A stretch of 64,000 nt of DNA. Origin: a virus. Its lineage: Duplodnaviria > Heunggongvirae > Uroviricota > Caudoviricetes. This document shows positions 9,273-17,388 of the stretch, one piece after another. Where the stretch lies: the IMG/VR virus record IMGVR_UViG_3300022562_001204, positions 78,551 to 142,550 of that record. One strand, given 5' to 3'. The notes under the pieces were generated by a model that saw nothing but the letters and a program-made list of their open reading frames with translations, ran no database searches and was not told the origin of the DNA. The stretch's first letter is position 1. Every line of letters begins with the position of its first letter. Both the position numbers and the translations under genes were made by a program.

Positions 9273-9920
9273 TCAGATCAACTCGAACTTGGCGTTCATC
9301 GGAACACTGTCGAGATTCCGTTCCAGGAGGTCGCACCAGGCGCTGGGTAGGATGTCCCGATCCTTCTTCTGGAAGTTCAAGCGCAGGTGACCGATGTAGA
9401 ACTTGGAGAGGGGGACCCATAGCGGGGTGTCGCAATGTGTCGCCTTCACCAGCAGAATGGGCGCCCCGACCACAGCGAGGGTATACATCCTCGGGAACTC
9501 CCGATGGTTGGGCCACAGCGCGAACTGGAGATCCTCATTCGGGCTACCGTCCGGACGATGACTGACCTTGAAACAGGGGTAGGGTGAATCCTCCATGATC
9601 CTGGAAACCCCGATGATGGTCGGGAGTTTCTGGACGTGCGCCTTCCAGATGGCCCGGTGATACTCATATTCCGAGACTGTGCCGAACACAGCCAGGCCCG
9701 TCGCCAGTACCGCCATCGACGACCAGAACAGGTCGACCTGGGCAAAGAAGCAGCAGATGGTGAGCAGTAGCGCACCAATCGTCAGCTGAACGCCAACGAT
9801 GGAGGGCCTCGGACGACGGATATGGCCAGTGCCATTGTGTTTCTTGATCAGCGACTTGAGTCGATAGTCGATGATGTCGGTATATGAGTATCCGAAGAGG
9901 AAGAAGCTGAGAAGGTTCAT
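9273..9920 (-). CDS. polytopic membrane protein
   Basis: The track ORF (to 10016) overlaps ligA in another frame. The real start is taken as ATG 9920 (MNLLSFFLFGY), after AAATAAAGGAACCCCA. Hydrophobic segments are visible. TGA stop. Confidence 0.55.
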   Translation of the reverse strand: MNLLSFFLFGYSYTDIIDYRLKSLIKKHNGTGHIRRPRPSIVGVQLTIGALLLTICCFFAQVDLFWSSMAVLATGLAVFGTVSEYEYHRAIWKAHVQKLPTIIGVSRIMEDSPYPCFKVSHRPDGSPNEDLQFALWPNHREFPRMYTLAVVGAPILLVKATHCDTPLWVPLSKFYIGHLRLNFQKKDRDILPSAWCDLLERNLDSVPMNAKFELI

Positions 9921-9930
9921 TGGGGTTCCT

Positions 9931-11721
9931 TTATTTGAACGTGAGTCCATTGGAGAGCATGGATTGGATAGCTCTCCGAATGGCGGGTGTGCCGAGGAAG
10001 TACATGAGACGGTCAAAAACCGCGTCCTTGATCCGGAGATCTTGGACGAAGATGGACCGAAGGGTTTCTGGGCTGTCGTAGGTGGATGAGGAGATACGCA
10101 GCACCGCCATGGCCAGGGGGTGGGTATGGAACCGCTGGCCGATTTTGTGATACAGATCCGAGCTGACGCCTGGGGCGTTCAGTCCGGTGAGGAATGCCGT
10201 CAGAGTGACTTCCTTTGAACGCTTGTTAAACTCGAAGAACGCACGAGCCCGGTGCTCGTTGAAACCGGCACGGACCAGCTTCTCTGGGGTCAGGGTGTAG
10301 ATATCCGCGATCGAGGTGATGCTTTTCTGCTCCACCAAGGTCCGGATGGTCGACCGACTCAGGTTCTTGAAGTCCAGTCCCTTCTTACTGACCAGGTTCC
10401 AGACCTTCTTGACCAACTGTTCTGGGCAGGTTTCCGATACACAGGCGATTCGAGTCGGTGTGATCGCCAGAGGGCTTTTGCAGAACGGGCAGACGACCGG
10501 TAGGGTGAACTCTAACTCCCCCTGTTCATCGACGTCTTTGCGTTCTTCCTTGAGGACCCCTGAGATGACTGGGAAGGCATCGCCCTGCAAGCTGACCATC
10601 ACGACGTCGTTCTTCCGCATCTCTTTGAGATTGGAGATAGACGGCATGGAAACCGAAGAGACCGTGACACCCTTGAGTTCGACAGGGTCGACCATGGCTT
10701 TGGCGGACAGTTCACCCTGAGCACTGATGCTCCACTCGACATCTCGGATGACCGTGCGTTTCTTCATGGCCTTGAACTTATGGGCAAACGCCCAGTTCGG
10801 CCCCTTGCTGGTATAACCCAGAATCTCCCGGTGAGCAACATCATTCACCTTGTACACCACCCCGTCCATGTCAAATGGGCAGGTTTCCCGCATGTCGCTG
10901 AGGGTGTTCTGGAACTCGATGAGACCCGTGATGGACACACTCATTCGGCGCTGTTCGGCAATGTTGAATCCGAGATCTTCCAGGAGTGTCCAGGTGGCTG
11001 AATGCAAGTCGCACAGGAAGTTACCCTGCCAGTCACGGGCTTCGTAGGCCATGAACCGAAGGGTCCGCTTGGAGAATTCCTCGGGATCCTTGAGGCCCAT
11101 GGTTCCGCCAGTGGCGTGACGTGGGGTTGCGAACGGCGGCTGACAGATCCGGCGCTGCCTGGCATTCAGTTCAAAGAAGTCATTCCGGGTCATGCACAGC
11201 TCCCCGTCGATCGCCACCTCTTTGTGGTTGCAGTTCTTCAGGACCTTCGGAATATCGTTGATCAGGAGTGCCTGGAGCGTGCGGTCTTGACCGACCATGC
11301 CGTCTCCACGAGTCGCCCCTGTGACCAGGATACCGTCCCGATAGTACAGACGGAACGCAATGCCATCGAACTTCGGCTCAGCTACCCAGGTCGGGAAGAC
11401 TTCCAGTTTCTTCACGATCCGACGTTGGTTCACATAAACGAACTCGTTCTCATAGGTGTTTTCCAGGCTGAGCATGTTGAAGGGATGGGTGAACTGCTGC
11501 TCACTGGGTGCATTGCCGCCGACCACCTGGGTCGGGGAATGAGGATTGACCCAATCTGGGTGCAGTTCCTCGATCTCCTTCAATCGACTGAACTTCTGGT
11601 CGTAGACCTCATCGGTAACCCGAGAAGTGTTTCTCTCGTAGTAGAAGTAGTTCAGCCGACGGATCTCTGCCAGCAAGGTCAGATATTCACTCTTGGTGGC
11701 ACGGGTGATGACTGCGCTCAT
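9931..11721 (-). CDS. ligA: NAD+-dependent DNA ligase (LigA family)
   Basis: 596 aa with the N-terminal Ia-domain pattern YYERNTSRVTDEVYDQKFSRLKEIEELHP, the adenylation motif EPKFDGIA (KxDG), a C4 zinc finger (CPFCKSPL...CVSETC) and a C-terminal helix-hairpin-helix region. TAA stop. Confidence 0.85.
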   Translation of the reverse strand: MSAVITRATKSEYLTLLAEIRRLNYFYYERNTSRVTDEVYDQKFSRLKEIEELHPDWVNPHSPTQVVGGNAPSEQQFTHPFNMLSLENTYENEFVYVNQRRIVKKLEVFPTWVAEPKFDGIAFRLYYRDGILVTGATRGDGMVGQDRTLQALLINDIPKVLKNCNHKEVAIDGELCMTRNDFFELNARQRRICQPPFATPRHATGGTMGLKDPEEFSKRTLRFMAYEARDWQGNFLCDLHSATWTLLEDLGFNIAEQRRMSVSITGLIEFQNTLSDMRETCPFDMDGVVYKVNDVAHREILGYTSKGPNWAFAHKFKAMKKRTVIRDVEWSISAQGELSAKAMVDPVELKGVTVSSVSMPSISNLKEMRKNDVVMVSLQGDAFPVISGVLKEERKDVDEQGELEFTLPVVCPFCKSPLAITPTRIACVSETCPEQLVKKVWNLVSKKGLDFKNLSRSTIRTLVEQKSITSIADIYTLTPEKLVRAGFNEHRARAFFEFNKRSKEVTLTAFLTGLNAPGVSSDLYHKIGQRFHTHPLAMAVLRISSSTYDSPETLRSIFVQDLRIKDAVFDRLMYFLGTPAIRRAIQSMLSNGLTFK

Positions 11722-11788
11722 GATTCCCTCGTTTTAAAATGGACCGAAGATTCGGCCTCTAGCTGAGCGTCCTTGCCTGAATAGTCCT

Positions 11789-12469
11789 TTAAGCAGCTAC
11801 AGCAGGTTTCCGCTTACGAACCGGCGATACTACCGGCACGTTGAAATGGGTATGTGATTTCCTTCCGATAATCTCACATTTCGGCCCTAACCTCTCAACA
11901 TCTTGAGCTCTTGGGCCGTGCACGAGGACAAACTCAACGATGTTCATCGTGTCGCGTTCCCGAAGCGTCAGGACGTAGTAGGAGTTGTTGTCCTTGTATA
12001 TGGGTCTTCCGAGGGCCGTGATGAACTTCTTGCTCTCCACGAGCTCGAACGGTCTGGTGGACTCCTTCCTCAGGGAGGCGATCAATACCTCCACGACCTC
12101 CGTGATCTCTTTCCATCCTGGATTCAGGTGGTGTGATCGACGGTCCCAACGCACCATGTTTCTGTAGTGGGAGATCCGAAAGGGTGCCAAGAACTTCCGA
12201 TTTCGCTCGGTGTACTCCGACATATGGACAGTGAAAGTGTCGAACAACCTCCCGGCATTCAGCGTCATGAGGTAGCTCTGCTGGAATCCGTACCAGCCAG
12301 GCCCTGGACCCGTTCGTCTTGAGTTCAGGAGTTTCAGTGGATACTCTCGACGTTTCCCGTAGTAGAATTCGATTGCATCCAAGACCGCCGTGAACATCGG
12401 GGTCTGGTGGTGGTCTTTGAGATGAAAAGCCCCAGTCAATGCAGCATGCGTCACATACTTCGTCTTCAT
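11789..12469 (-). CDS. hypothetical protein (226 aa)
   Basis: Long ORF with GGGAG before the ATG and a TAA stop. Confidence 0.5.
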   Translation of the reverse strand: MKTKYVTHAALTGAFHLKDHHQTPMFTAVLDAIEFYYGKRREYPLKLLNSRRTGPGPGWYGFQQSYLMTLNAGRLFDTFTVHMSEYTERNRKFLAPFRISHYRNMVRWDRRSHHLNPGWKEITEVVEVLIASLRKESTRPFELVESKKFITALGRPIYKDNNSYYVLTLRERDTMNIVEFVLVHGPRAQDVERLGPKCEIIGRKSHTHFNVPVVSPVRKRKPAVAA

Positions 12470-12484
12470 ACCTGACTCCCTGAC

Positions 12485-12510
12485 GAGAGGGGCGGTTAGC
12501 CGCCCCTCTC
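12485..12510. terminator. stem-loop gagaggggcgg-ttag-ccgcccctctc
   Basis: 11-bp perfect stem following the stop at 12520. Confidence 0.4.
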
Positions 12511-12519
12511 CACTGCTGC

Positions 12520-12705
12520 TCAGTCCTTCTTATCCCGATCGCTCTGTACGGCCATCTGCCAGAGCCAAAAGGGCCAACTCACCACAACAATCACGATCCC
12601 CAACAACCGACCACTGACGTGACTGGGGTCGTTTCTGGATCGGATCAGGTCCAGAATAGCCACCAGCACCCCCACCAGGCCATAAGCCAGTATCCACCCG
12701 TCCAT
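12520..12705 (-). CDS. small two-helix membrane protein (61 aa)
   Basis: MDGWILAYGLVGVLVAILDL...IVIVVVSWPFWLWQ shows two TM segments. GGAG lies 6 nt before the ATG. It is in frame with the upstream gene, separated only by TAG-CAC. Confidence 0.45.
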   Translation of the reverse strand: MDGWILAYGLVGVLVAILDLIRSRNDPSHVSGRLLGIVIVVVSWPFWLWQMAVQSDRDKKD

Positions 12706-12708
12706 GTG

Positions 12709-13044
12709 CTACTCCGTGCTGTCCAAAAGCCGTTGGGTATCCTTCTTGATCTTCTCGATGAGAAGGTAGCTCATATCCAGAGCAGCCCTACGTGTTTCAT
12801 AATCCTTCCGAAGAAGGTCCAGTCGCTCTCGATCTCGTTCAGCCTGCTTCAGGTAGATCAGGTCCCTGAAGCGCAGATGGTTCCGCTTAGCCGTTTCGAT
12901 ACGCAGTTCGAAAATGCTTTCTGCTTCTATGAACTCTTCGAATTCACTGAAGCGTTTGCTACTATACTGTCCGAGCAGTCCAGACAGCTTCACCAGCAGT
13001 GACATCAATGTCGGGCGATCCATGGTATCGGTCTCATCCCACAT
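12709..13044 (-). CDS. coiled-coil protein (111 aa) terminated by TAG
   Basis: Charged heptad-like sequence preceded by TATATTAGTAAGGAGGTGAACG ATG. The stop is TAG at 12709..12711. Confidence 0.5.
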   Translation of the reverse strand: MWDETDTMDRPTLMSLLVKLSGLLGQYSSKRFSEFEEFIEAESIFELRIETAKRNHLRFRDLIYLKQAERDRERLDLLRKDYETRRAALDMSYLLIEKIKKDTQRLLDSTE

Positions 13045-13140
13045 CGTTCACCTCCTTACTAATATAAAGGAGTTGCTGGCTATCTTTTCCTACCACACCG
13101 AGGTTTGTGTCCATACATCACTCGCCGAGACGGCATAAAG

Positions 13141-13172
13141 CCCTCCTACCTGGCCGAAACCAGGTAGGAGGG
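13141..13172. terminator. stem-loop directly 3' of the tRNA
   Basis: ccctcctacctgg-ccgaaa-ccaggtaggaggg: a 13-bp perfect stem 5 nt after the tRNA CCA end. Confidence 0.5.
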
Positions 13173-13177
13173 CAATG

Positions 13178-13252
13178 TGGTGGCGCTAGAGGGACTCGAA
13201 CCCTCGTCTACGTGTTTAGAGCACGTCGCTCTTACCGCTGAGCTATAACGCC
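13178..13252 (-). tRNA. tRNA with anticodon CUA (amber/UAG suppressor), isotype undetermined
   Basis: Folded by hand from the reverse complement GGCGTTATAGCTCAGCGGTAAGAGCGACGTGCTCTAAACACGTAGACGAGGGTTCGAGTCCCTCTAGCGCCACCA. A 7-bp acceptor stem, a GCTC/GAGC D-stem, an ACGTG/CACGT anticodon stem with loop CU-CUA-AA (U33 and A37 present), a T-stem GAGGG/CCCTC with loop TTCGAGT, discriminator A and an encoded CCA are all present. Confidence 0.75.
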
Positions 13253-13266
13253 TAACGGGTATCCTC

Positions 13267-13728
13267 TCAAGCCATTACCTCGATGGCCTGGATGACGTTC
13301 TTCTGGTTTTTCATCTTCCAGCTCTGCTTAGCCTGTTCCACCGCGGGCCCTAACCGAGCAGCCACGTGCGAACCATACTGCTTCTCAACCACTTGCAGTA
13401 CTTTATGCCACTGGGGTTCGGTGTAGCTACGAGGTTCCAGCGCCTCGTAAGGCACTCCTCGCATCAGGCCGTACGCCAGGTGCATCGCCCTGGCCTCCTC
13501 CTTCAGTCTCGTCCTCTCCCAGACAAAATAGAAGTGGTCACTTCGGGAGTAGAAGCCGGTGAGCTTCTCGTGATACGCGAGTCTCCTGGCCTGTACGTCT
13601 TCGATCTGATGGACCTCCCGGTACAGCCTGGAGTACCATTGTTCGATCTTCCTGACTTCATCCCGGTGGATACGGGTCGCGGCGGCATTGGCTTTAATCA
13701 GCGCTTTCAGATAGCGTGTCTTAGACAT
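13267..13728 (-). CDS. hypothetical protein (153 aa)
   Basis: ORF with GAGAGGAAACTACG before the ATG and a TGA stop. Confidence 0.5.
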   Translation of the reverse strand: MSKTRYLKALIKANAAATRIHRDEVRKIEQWYSRLYREVHQIEDVQARRLAYHEKLTGFYSRSDHFYFVWERTRLKEEARAMHLAYGLMRGVPYEALEPRSYTEPQWHKVLQVVEKQYGSHVAARLGPAVEQAKQSWKMKNQKNVIQAIEVMA

Positions 13729-13916
13729 CGTAGTTTCCTCTCGTGTTCAGGTTTGACAACTGTACCTTCACTACGGAGGTTAAGGAGGCTTATAGACCTA
13801 GTGCATTGGTCACCTCCTGATGGTTTGTCAGCTAGAACATGGCAGTTCCTATATTAAAGGAGTGTTTCATTCTATCTAACACCTGAGGGAAGAAAAGTCT
13901 TCCACTCCGGCTCGGA

Positions 13917-14306
13917 CTACGGGACTAGGTTGGTCCCGATACTCGTCCACTTCATCCGGATGTCCTCTATGTCATCCGGGGGTAAGAACCAGCATTCCTT
14001 GAGCAGCTTATCAAGGATGGGGTTTTGCTGGGAGGCAAAGAACCCCATCAGCAACTTCTGGCTCTCTTTCGAGAAGACCCCCTCTTTCAAGCAGGCCTTC
14101 ATGAAATCGTGGGAGGGTAACTGACGTCCTGTCTCGACATGGCTGATCCGGCACTTGCTGTACCCAAGGAGGGGAGCCAGACTGGGCATCGTGTGCCCGG
14201 CATCATGCCGGACCTGTCGTAGCGCTTCCCCAAAGGTCTTCGGATTATCGGGCCGTTTCGTCCCGTGCCGATAGGTAGTCTTCTTGGGGCGTTTCTTTCG
14301 AGGCAT
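13917..14306 (-). CDS. helix-turn-helix DNA-binding protein (Cro/C1-like)
   Basis: A basic N-terminus (MPRKKRPKKTT) is followed by FGEALRQVRHDAGHTMPSLAPLLGYSKCRISHVETG, consistent with an HTH_XRE fold. The stop is TAG. Confidence 0.5.
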   Translation of the reverse strand: MPRKKRPKKTTYRHGTKRPDNPKTFGEALRQVRHDAGHTMPSLAPLLGYSKCRISHVETGRQLPSHDFMKACLKEGVFSKESQKLLMGFFASQQNPILDKLLKECWFLPPDDIEDIRMKWTSIGTNLVP

Positions 14307-14382
14307 ATCTTTTCCCTATCAGAGATGGAACCTCAGTTCCTCATGTAGAATATGTATAACCGAAAAAATCTTGAAGAGACGA

Positions 14383-14408
14383 GGAGAGACCCCCTAGGGG
14401 GTCTCTCC
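14383..14408. terminator. stem-loop ggagagaccccc-tag-ggggtctctcc
   Basis: Perfect 11-bp stem. Confidence 0.4.
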
Positions 14409-14416
14409 TTAGCTGA

Positions 14417-15112
14417 TCACTCTGACGCAGTCGGTTTTCTGAGATGCTCCGGCGGGTCGAAGAGTCGCACGTACGTTTCTTGAGAAATAAAACCAGTACG
14501 ACCCTCTGGTCTCTTTCGTCTCCGAGGAACATACCGCTTGAAACGTACTTCGTCACCCCCGGGTCCGTAGATTCTACAGACCTCGCTCAGTGCGGGTACC
14601 CACCACGAAACGAAACTTCGTTGATTGAGAGGGTCCTGAGCATACGTACACCAGGCCACCAACCCCTCGCTGGTAAAACCCCGCTCATAGCTTTCCGGAT
14701 GTTTCGGATCGTCTTGAACGGTGTGGCTGACCCGACGACCCTGCTTGCTGTACTGGTTCTTGTAGCTAGATGCTGTTGTCGGATCTTTTCCGCAGGTGTG
14801 CTCAAGAACCAGTTTAAGCCGGAGTCTCTGTGCAAACCGGTTCTCGAAGCTGTTAGGATTCTCTGGATCATCGTGGTAAACATGCTTGATGACCACATAG
14901 TTCTTTATATAAGAGAGGCTACTTCCTAGGTTAGTAAGATCCAGCCTCTCAAATGTCTCGTGCACCTGGTATTCTTCGCCAGGACCGAGAACCACAGCCT
15001 CCTCGAGAAAACCAGTAACCGGCTCAACGGGGAGCATCACTGGTTTTGACAGGGTGTCAATAAGGACCTGTTCTTCTTCAGCGCTAATGGCGGAACTTCT
15101 GATTGTACTCAC
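14417..15112 (-). CDS. protein with recurring DPxxPxSY-type motifs, paralog of 15178..16074
   Basis: 231 aa with a GTG start that follows an A10 run, and a TGA stop. Motifs HDDPENPNSFENRF and QDDPKHPESYERGF are visible. Confidence 0.5.
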   Translation of the reverse strand: MSTIRSSAISAEEEQVLIDTLSKPVMLPVEPVTGFLEEAVVLGPGEEYQVHETFERLDLTNLGSSLSYIKNYVVIKHVYHDDPENPNSFENRFAQRLRLKLVLEHTCGKDPTTASSYKNQYSKQGRRVSHTVQDDPKHPESYERGFTSEGLVAWCTYAQDPLNQRSFVSWWVPALSEVCRIYGPGGDEVRFKRYVPRRRKRPEGRTGFISQETYVRLFDPPEHLRKPTASE

Positions 15113-15137
15113 TGTGGTACCTTTTTTTTTTAGAGAC

Positions 15138-15168
15138 GAGAGGAGAGGCCCCCAGGGGGCCTCTCCTC
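15138..15168. terminator. stem-loop gaggagaggcccc-cag-ggggcctctcctc
   Basis: 13-bp perfect stem. The T10 run lies on the plus-strand 5' side, so it is not a canonical intrinsic terminator for minus-strand transcripts. Confidence 0.35.
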
Positions 15169-15177
15169 GTATGACGG

Positions 15178-16074
15178 TTAACCTTTGTTTGGCGGTAGAC
15201 CAAGCAGCTGGACACTTCCGACCGCCACCCGGCTGTACCCTGACTCAAACTCCTCCCTCAGAGAGGGTTCGTCTGCACGCTCGAGGGGGTGTCTGCTCCT
15301 GGGGTCGTTCGGATTCTCACTGTAGACCCGGTACTCGTACCCGTCTTCCCGTTTCACTACGAAGCTGTCCTTATGCTTGGGATCCTCGGCATGGGTGCAA
15401 CTGACAAGCTGCCATCTCAGGCCATAGAGGTTCACATAAGACCGTGAATCTTTCGGGTTGTCGTCCACGATCCTTGAAAGTTGCATCGAAAAGACTGATG
15501 TGACGAAGAAGGTTTCGACGATACGGACGACTTTCTCGAACCCCACCTTCATTTGCATCTCCACAACCTTCAGATTCCCGACAACCGTCGTTTTCTGCTC
15601 TTCAGGGATTGATTCGTTCTCCCCGTACGTCTTAACCCAGTGATTGTCGGCGATGTATCGAACGGTGTAACTCCGGCTGTTCGAAAGTCGATCACCATAA
15701 ACACAGGTGGTCATTCGACCGAGTTCGTCGTACTCCATCCGGTAGCTTTCTGGGTGAAACTGATTACCATCGACCACATAGGTGACGATATTTCCCGCCT
15801 GGTTCAAGCCAATCCTCGCCTGCTGCCCAGGCGTGTTGTCAAACTCCGAACAGTGGTCGTCCGTGTATGAGCTGACAATCCTGTTAAAGTCGATGTTGGA
15901 CATCTTGGTTTCCTTTTGAAGTGTCGATGACAGTGGATGCTTCGAGTAGAGTATGCCTAACTGAAATTTTAACAAACGGCATAAGCCCCCAGGACCAAGC
16001 TTGGTCCTGGGGGAGGGGAGGAAGCAGAGACCTGCTGTCGGGGTAACCAGGCCTTGGTCATTCGTTCCGGGCAA
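15178..16074 (-). CDS. protein with recurring DPxxPxSY-type motifs, paralog of 14417..15112
   Basis: 298 aa with a TAA stop. Motifs GNQFHPESYRMEY, DDNPKDSRSYVNLY, AEDPKHKDSFVVKR and SENPNDPRSRHPLER are visible. Confidence 0.5.
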   Translation of the reverse strand: MPGTNDQGLVTPTAGLCFLPSPRTKLGPGGLCRLLKFQLGILYSKHPLSSTLQKETKMSNIDFNRIVSSYTDDHCSEFDNTPGQQARIGLNQAGNIVTYVVDGNQFHPESYRMEYDELGRMTTCVYGDRLSNSRSYTVRYIADNHWVKTYGENESIPEEQKTTVVGNLKVVEMQMKVGFEKVVRIVETFFVTSVFSMQLSRIVDDNPKDSRSYVNLYGLRWQLVSCTHAEDPKHKDSFVVKREDGYEYRVYSENPNDPRSRHPLERADEPSLREEFESGYSRVAVGSVQLLGLPPNKG

Positions 16075-16148
16075 AAACGAATGGCTGACTCCCTTTCTGC
16101 TAAGGAGTGTCCGAGCTCCTCAGTCTATACAACTCTCTCAATCTTTTT

Positions 16149-16598
16149 TTACATCGAAGAGAACTTAAGTCGTACAGTATCGAGGATGGCCTTGCAGGGG
16201 ATCTCCTCGATGTTGACAATATGGTCTTTGACGAGCGTGTGGGTGGCGTACTCCCCATAGCCCGCCTGTTTGTCACCTTTACTACACTCCTCCCAATCCT
16301 CGGAGGTTTCAATGGTGTACAAGAAGAAGCTCTGCTCTTTGAGAGCCTTGACGTCTGGATACTCCTCCCCTTTCAGGGCTAGGGTCAGTTCGTTACCTCG
16401 AAACTCACAGCGTCCTACCGTCCCTGTGGCCATCGCCACATATGTGAACCCTTGGTAGATCGCTCCCTGTCGGGAGACGGTCGCATACAGACACCTGTCC
16501 TCACCCTCAGGGTGCTCAGTGGCTGCTTTACCAGTGATATCGTAAAGCGGCACCAACTCATCCACTCGGGATAGCGAGGTATGGTACAGGTAGATCAT
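16149..16598 (-). CDS. hypothetical protein (149 aa)
   Basis: ORF with a TAA stop. A stem-loop lies upstream at 16618..16643. Confidence 0.5.
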   Translation of the reverse strand: MIYLYHTSLSRVDELVPLYDITGKAATEHPEGEDRCLYATVSRQGAIYQGFTYVAMATGTVGRCEFRGNELTLALKGEEYPDVKALKEQSFFLYTIETSEDWEECSKGDKQAGYGEYATHTLVKDHIVNIEEIPCKAILDTVRLKFSSM

Positions 16599-16651
16599 GG
16601 CTCCTCCTTGAGACGAAAGAGACCCGGGACGTCCCGGGTCTCTCGTTCTCG

Positions 16652-17110
16652 TTACGCAGCTTTCACGTAAAACCAGACATCACCCACGCCACGCTGGCTG
16701 ATTTGGTGCCAGGTGTAGTTGATGGTTTCCACTTTCGAGACATTGGGGTTGTTGACGTCGAAGATGTAGTCTTCATACTCCAGGATGCAATGGTACTCTG
16801 CGGTGGTCTTGTCGGGACCATTCCAGCAGGTGACTAGGCGGGTACGCTGGAAAGCAGCCTCAGAGATACGGCGGATGAGGGCACGACAGAGAATGGCCAT
16901 GTCCTCGCAGTCCCCCTGAAAGGGGTCGCTAACGACCTGGCCCGTGGCGATGGTGCCGGACTCCACCTCGGCTACCGCGGCTTCCAGCTTGGCGGGGGTC
17001 GGGTAGAGCCAGGTATAGGCGTAGGGCTCGTTCGTGTTTCGAACGAACATCTTCTCGGCCATGTCCCGGACGGCTTGCAGTTGGTCGTGTGTCAGGATCA
17101 GATCGCTCAT
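16652..17110 (-). CDS. transglutaminase-like / papain-fold cysteine protease-like protein
   Basis: The start is taken at ATG 17110 (MSDLILTHDQ), overlapping the upstream stop as ATGA. GDCEDMAILCRALIRRI resembles the transglutaminase-core GxCxxFA motif, with downstream His (EYHCILEY) and Asp residues. Confidence 0.4.
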   Translation of the reverse strand: MSDLILTHDQLQAVRDMAEKMFVRNTNEPYAYTWLYPTPAKLEAAVAEVESGTIATGQVVSDPFQGDCEDMAILCRALIRRISEAAFQRTRLVTCWNGPDKTTAEYHCILEYEDYIFDVNNPNVSKVETINYTWHQISQRGVGDVWFYVKAA

Positions 17111-17352
17111 ACGTAGGTATCCTTGTTCTTCACGTAGTGCTTGTTGGCACCACCGGGCGGCACACAGTACATCTTGCCGTGATCGAAGTGGGAGATGCCC
17201 GTGACACCTTTGGAAGTGACGAAGATGCCGGTCAGGTTCATGAACAGGCACTTCAAGAGGCGGGGGATGCGATACATAATGACTCCACAGTGTAGCAGGA
17301 CCTCTGCACATGATCCCTGGGTGAAACCACACAAAAAGAAAGACATAGCCAT
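17107..17352 (-). CDS. small Cys-rich protein (81 aa)
   Basis: Five Cys and several His residues. Translationally coupled (ATGA) to 16652..17110. It starts right after the 17353..17380 stem-loop. Confidence 0.45.
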   Translation of the reverse strand: MAMSFFLCGFTQGSCAEVLLHCGVIMYRIPRLLKCLFMNLTGIFVTSKGVTGISHFDHGKMYCVPPGGANKHYVKNKDTYV

Positions 17353-17380
17353 ACAGCCCGGGTCTATCCCGGGCTGTATG
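17353..17380. repeat. stem-loop element acagcccgggtctatcccgggctgtatg (near-identical second copy at 49666..49693)
   Basis: Read directly. The two copies differ at one or two positions. Confidence 0.5.
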
Positions 17381-17388
17381 GTGTCATA

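Noticed and set aside
11002-11766. 254-aa plus-strand ORF inside ligA
   Set aside because: Antisense shadow of the ligase gene. No start context.
13729-13916. 188-nt gap upstream of 13267..13728 containing TTGACA and a strong AGGAGGTG followed by ATG-CAC-TAG
   Set aside because: The only ORF after that SD is 2 codons before a TAG (8 codons with readthrough). No convincing -10 sits at the right spacing from TTGACA. Kept only as an unassigned regulatory gap.
15122-15131. T10 run next to the hairpin at 15138..15168, resembling an intrinsic terminator
   Set aside because: The T-run is on the plus strand 5' of the hairpin. All local genes are transcribed on the minus strand, where the hairpin is followed by an A-run instead. 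So it is not a canonical rho-independent terminator for these genes. On the mRNA strand it reads as an A10 tract just before the SD of 14417..15112.
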